Shown in pieces: positions 55,438-59,691 of a stretch of DNA of 59,691 nucleotides (position 1 is the stretch's first letter; every line of letters starts with the position of its first letter). The translations under genes were made by a program, and so were the position numbers. This stretch comes from Hydrurus foetidus (Eukaryota). The DNA is taken from positions 310,001 to 369,691 of the forward strand of contig UYFQ01000506.1 in the NCBI GenBank assembly GCA_900617105.1, given 5' to 3'. The notes under the pieces were generated by a model. It had not been told where the DNA came from, ran no database searches, and worked only from the letters and a program-made list of their open reading frames with translations.

Positions 55438-56711
55438 TTAAAGCGCCCCGCTCAGCTCCTGCACCTCTTCAAACGTCCGCAGACCCGGCCGCTGGGCGCA
55501 GACCAGCACGCCCATGTTGCCGGGCAGATGCTGGTTGGCCAGCATCTTCTCGTGGGCGGCGGGGATGTCGTTCCAGGGGAACACTTCCGACAGGCACGGG
55601 TCGACGCGGCGGTCGATGACCAGCTGGTTGGCGGCCGACGCCTGCATCAGGTTGGCGAAGTGCGACCCCTGCACGCGCTTCTGGCGCATCCACAGGAAGC
55701 GGGCGTCCATGGTCAGGTTGAAGCCGCTGGTGCCGGCGCAGATGGCGACCATGCCACCGCGCTTGACCACGAAGACGCTGACCGGGAACGTCGCCTCGCC
55801 GGGGTGCTCGAACACCATGTCGACGTCGCGATTGCCGGTGATCTGCCAGATCGCCTTACCGAACTTGCGGCTTTCCTTCATGTAGTCGTTGAATTCGGGG
55901 CCATTGACGGTGGGCAGCTGGCCCCAGCAGTTGAATTCGTTGCGATTGAGCACCGCCTTGGCCCCCATCGACAGCACGAACTCGCGCTTGTCTTCGGAGC
56001 TGACCACGCCGATGGCGTTGCCGCCGGCCACGGCCGCCAGTTGCACGGCGAACACGCCCAGACCGCCCGAGGCGCCCCAGACCAGCACGTTCTGAGGCCG
56101 CAGCTCATGCGGCTTGTGGCCAAACAGCATGCGATGGGCGGTGGCCAGGGTGAGGGTGTAGCAGGCGGCTCCTCTCTTCAGAATCGGGTGCTTGGGGCGC
56201 GGCAGCAGCTGGCGCGACTGCACCCGGCAGAACTGCGAGAAGCTGCCGTCCGGGTCTCGTAGCCCCAGATGCGCTGGCTGGTGGAGAACATCGGGTCGCC
56301 GCCGTTGCACTCCTCGTCGTCGCCGTCGTCCTGATTGCAGTGGATGACCACCTCGTCGCCCAGCTTCCAGCGCTTGACCTTGGCGCCCACCGCCCAGACG
56401 ATGCCCGAGGCGTCGGATCCGGCGATGTGGAAGGGCTGCTTGTGGCCGTCCAGCGGGCTGATCGGTTCGCCCAGGGCGGCCCAGACGCCGTTGTAATTGA
56501 CGCCGGCGGCCATCACGAGGACCAGAACCTCGTCTTCGCCGATGGTCCAGGTGGGCACCACCTCGACCTGCATGGCCTGGGTGGGCTTGCCGTGGCGCTC
56601 CTTGCGGATGCTCCAGGCGTACATGTTGGCGGGCACGTGGAAGGGCGGAGGGATTTCGCCGATCTCGTAGAGATCCTTCACAGGCGACTTCTCAAGCGTC
56701 GTGGTCGTCAT
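55438..56711 (-). CDS. ccr: crotonyl-CoA carboxylase/reductase (frameshifted)
   Basis: VMAAGVNYNGVWAALG, HIAGSDASG, IWGYE, WGASGGLG, FEHPGE.TF, WMRQKR.QGSHFAN. Confidence 0.95.
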
Positions 56712-56979
56712 GTCACTCCCCGTTTCCTTCGGCCCCGTTGTTCGTTGCGTTGCAACAACGTCCGAAAGCTCAACTCGGCTGCGCGCGGGTGGTCACAATG
56801 GCAAAAACCGATCGCCAACCCATCGTTTTTGGTTCCGAGGCGGACAAATCGACCTCGAAGCGGCCTAAGCTGAGACAACTGTTTGAAACTGGCAAGCGGA
56901 AACTTGTGCGACGCAACATGAGCGTCGCCTTGTCGCAGACAAGGCTGTTCAAGCGGCTGGCGATCGGCGAGGCTTGGCC

Positions 56980-57700
56980 ATGAGCCCGACCCTGCATGTC
57001 TCCCGTCCCCACGCCGCCATCGTCCTGCTGGAACTGGACGGGCCGCCCGCCAACGGACTGGGCATGGCGCTTCGCCTCGCCCTGGAAGGGCCTGGACGCG
57101 ATCAATGCCGACCTCGACGTGCGGGCGGTGGTGCTGACGGGACGCAACGGCGCGTTCTGCGGGCGATGATCTGCGCGAGGCGGCCGGAGCGGCGCGGGCC
57201 AGCTGGAGGCGGTGCTGGGAAGCGCCAACGTGCTGATGGACAGGGTCGAGGCCTGCCGCGTGCCGATCATCGCGGCCATCGACGGCTGGTGCCTGGGCGG
57301 CGGGCTGGGCTGGCCTGTCTGCATTTATCCGCATCGCCAGCGACCGGGCCAGTTTCGCGGCCTCGGGGGTGAATATCGGGCTGATGGCGTCGGTGGTCCG
57401 CCTGCCGCGCCTGATCGGCGAGGCGCGGGCCAAGGCGCATCTGCTGACCGGCGCCAGCTTTGATCCGGCCCGGGCTCTGGCCGACGGGGTGGTGAGCCAG
57501 GTGCAGGCGGCGGAGGCGTTGCTGCCGGCCGCCCTGGAGCTGGCCGACCGCATCGCCTCGCGCGCCCCTGGCGGTCGAGGCCGCCAAGCAGGCGGTGGCC
57601 GGGGGCAGGGCGGATGTGGCCGCGCTGGTGGCCAGCGCCGACCATGCCGGGCCGTCGCCGCGTTCATGGCTAAACGGCCGGCGGTGTTCAGACACAAGCC
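56980..57700 (+). CDS. enoyl-CoA hydratase/isomerase family protein (frameshifted; end approximate)
   Basis: PPANGL, PIIAAIDGWCLGGG, RLPRLIG. Confidence 0.8.
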
Positions 57701-57815
57701 AGAAGATCGCCGGGCCAGAAGATCGCCGGGATTGATCGACCGCAAAGCCGGCCGCCGCGCTCCGCGCAGGATGTGGGTGGCGCCAAGAGGTCAATTTCGC
57801 TGGAAGTCCTGAGCC

Positions 57816-58060
57816 ATGAGCAACACCCCACGAACTTTGCACGAAGAGTTTCCCAGGACGCCGACCGCATCCATGCGCTGAAGACCAGCGACGCCCACTT
57901 CGCCAAGCTTGTTGAGGGCTATCACGACGTCAATCGCGCCGTGCACCGCGTAAGGAGACCAACATCGAAGCAGTGGCCGACGCCGTCCTTGAGGGACTTC
58001 AAGAAGCAGCGGCTGGAGCTGAAGGACAAGATCGCTGCGGCCCTGGCCAAGCTGGCCTGA
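57816..58060 (+). CDS. YdcH/DUF465 family small protein (frameshifted)
   Basis: MSNTP.., FPQDADRIHALK.SDAHFAKL..YH.VNR, KKQRLELKDKI. Confidence 0.8.
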
Positions 58061-58082
58061 CGGGACACGCGCCTGGCGGGGC

Positions 58083-59376
58083 TCAGGGGTTCTTGAGCCG
58101 CCAGGCGCGATAGCGCTTGCCCTGGGCGCGCTGCTTCATCTGCTGGCCCGCCAGGGTCAGAACGGGCGAGAGCTTGCGCGCCGGGGCCTTGCCTGCCGCC
58201 AGGCGGTTCATCTGCGCCTTGGTCAGGGCCATCACGGCCAGGCCGGAGAGCTCGCGGCTTTTCCAGCTCACTTCGGGCAGGGTGACATCCAGGCCCTCGG
58301 GCTTGCGCCAGGCCTTGGGCAGGTCGGGCGCGAAGGCCAGGGCGCGGGCGATCCCCACCACCGGCACGCCCGGCAAGGCGCCGTCGACGCCAGGGCCGCC
58401 AGGGCGACCTCGCGTCGGCGCACCCCGCCGGTCACCATGATCGGCATGCTGGCGACCTTGGCGATGTCGCGAGCGAAATCGACGAAATAGGCCTCGCGCG
58501 CGGCGGTCGAGGTCTTGGGGCCGGCCTCGCCCTCGCCCTCGGCCTCGTTTTGGGCCGAGCCCTGCATGGCCGGGCTCTCGTAGCTGCCGCCTGAAAGCTC
58601 GACGAGGTCGACGGCCATGCCGTTCAGCTGTTCCACCACCCAGCGGGCGTCATCGGCGTCGAAGCCGCCCTTCTGGAAGTCGGCCGAGTTCAGCTTCACG
58701 GCCACGGCGAAGCGCGGCGAGACGCGGGCCCGCACGGCCTTGATCACCTCGAACAGCATCCGGGCGCGGTTCTCGCGCGAGCCGCCCCAGGCGTCTTCGC
58801 GGCGATTGACCAGGGGCGAGAGGAACTGGCTGAGCAGATAGCCGTGGGCGGCGTGGACCTGCACGCCGTCGAAGCCGGCTTCCTCGGCCCGGCGCGCGGT
58901 CACGGCGAAGCGCTCGACGATCGCGGCGATCTCGGCGGCGGTCAGGGCGCGGGGCTGGGCCAGCAGGTTGGAGAACTTGCCGATGTCGACCGGCACCGCC
59001 GACGGGGCCACTGCGCCCTGGCCGAGGTCGGCATAGGTCTGGCGGCCGGGATGGTTGATCTGCATCCAGACCTGACCGCCGCCCGACTTGGCCTCGCGGG
59101 CCCAGGTCTCGAACAGAGCCAGGCGGCGCGCCGCGTCAGCACCACGCCGCCCGGACCGGTCATGGCCGAGGGATCGACCATCACATTGCCGGTGATCTGC
59201 AGGCCAACCCCGCCCTGGGCCCAGCGCCGGTACAGGGTCCACAGCGCCTTTCCGGGAACCTGGCCCTCGGCGGCGAGATTCTCCTCCATCGCCGCCTTGG
59301 CGATGCGGTTGGGCAGCACGGCGCCGTTCGGCAACGCCAGGGGCGCGAACAGGGGTTCGAAGGCGGCGGTGAGCAT
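58083..59376 (-). CDS. NADH:flavin oxidoreductase (old yellow enzyme family; frameshifted)
   Basis: NRIAKAAMEE, QINHPGRQ, GFDGVQVHAAHGYLLSQFLSP, KLNSADFQ. Confidence 0.93.
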
Positions 59377-59409
59377 GACGTCTTGACCTTGGCTTGGTGG
59401 GTCACACCT

Positions 59410-59439
59410 TCTACACCTTCAAGCTAGGTTGAAGGTCAA
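59410..59439 (-). promoter_or_regulatory. MerR-type operator/promoter
   Basis: Dyad accttcaa-gctagg-ttgaaggt overlapping -35 ttgacc on -, between divergent oxidoreductase and MerR genes. Confidence 0.75.
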
Positions 59440-59462
59440 GCGCCCTTTCGGAGGCCTGTGGA

Positions 59463-59691
59463 ATGAAGATCGGCGAGATCGCCAAGCGCGCGGGAGTGTC
59501 GGCCTCGCGCATCCGGTTCTATGAGGCGCAGGGCATCCTGCCGCCCGCGCCGCGCGGCGCGAACGGCTATCGCGACTATCCCGAAAGCCTGATCGCCACC
59601 CTGGGCTTCATCGAGCAGGCCCAGCGGCTGGGTTTTTCGCTCAAGGAGATCGCCGGCCACGCGACCCTGGAGGGCAAGGTCTGCGACGCCC
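59463..59691 (+). CDS. MerR family regulator (runs off window)
   Basis: MKIGEIAKRAGVSASRIRFYEAQGIL...NGYRDY...AQRLGFSLKEI. Confidence 0.92.
   Translation, partial: MKIGEIAKRAGVSASRIRFYEAQGILPPAPRGANGYRDYPESLIATLGFIEQAQRLGFSLKEIAGHATLEGKVCDA

Overview
High-GC alphaproteobacterial chromosome segment, very likely Caulobacter. The gene order groEL-groES...skgA-like-mutL...lspA-ileS...ribF...ada-tipF-feoAB...epmB-epmA-efp...etfAB resembles the C. crescentus region as I recall it. It is followed by fatty-acid and ethylmalonyl-CoA genes (mcd-like acyl-CoA dehydrogenase, ccr). Many genes, including essential ones, carry 1-bp indels, which points to an unpolished long-read assembly rather than pseudogenisation. 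The most interesting signal is non-coding. (1) Two diverged, oppositely oriented copies (~38855-39510 + and ~48690-49385 -) of a composite unit: palindromic repeat, IHF-consensus site with putative promoter, then a ~400-nt region whose stems are conserved through compensatory changes, ending in an RBS and GTG with no intact gene behind it. This is a candidate undescribed large structured RNA. (2) A DUF559 endonuclease gene bracketed by hairpin-containing terminal inverted repeats, with gene-less repeats of similar architecture elsewhere, one flanked by an 8-bp direct repeat. Also notable: tandem degenerate-EAL paralogs, tandem lipoprotein paralogs, and recurring PsrA-like and PhaR-like boxes before acyl-CoA metabolism genes.
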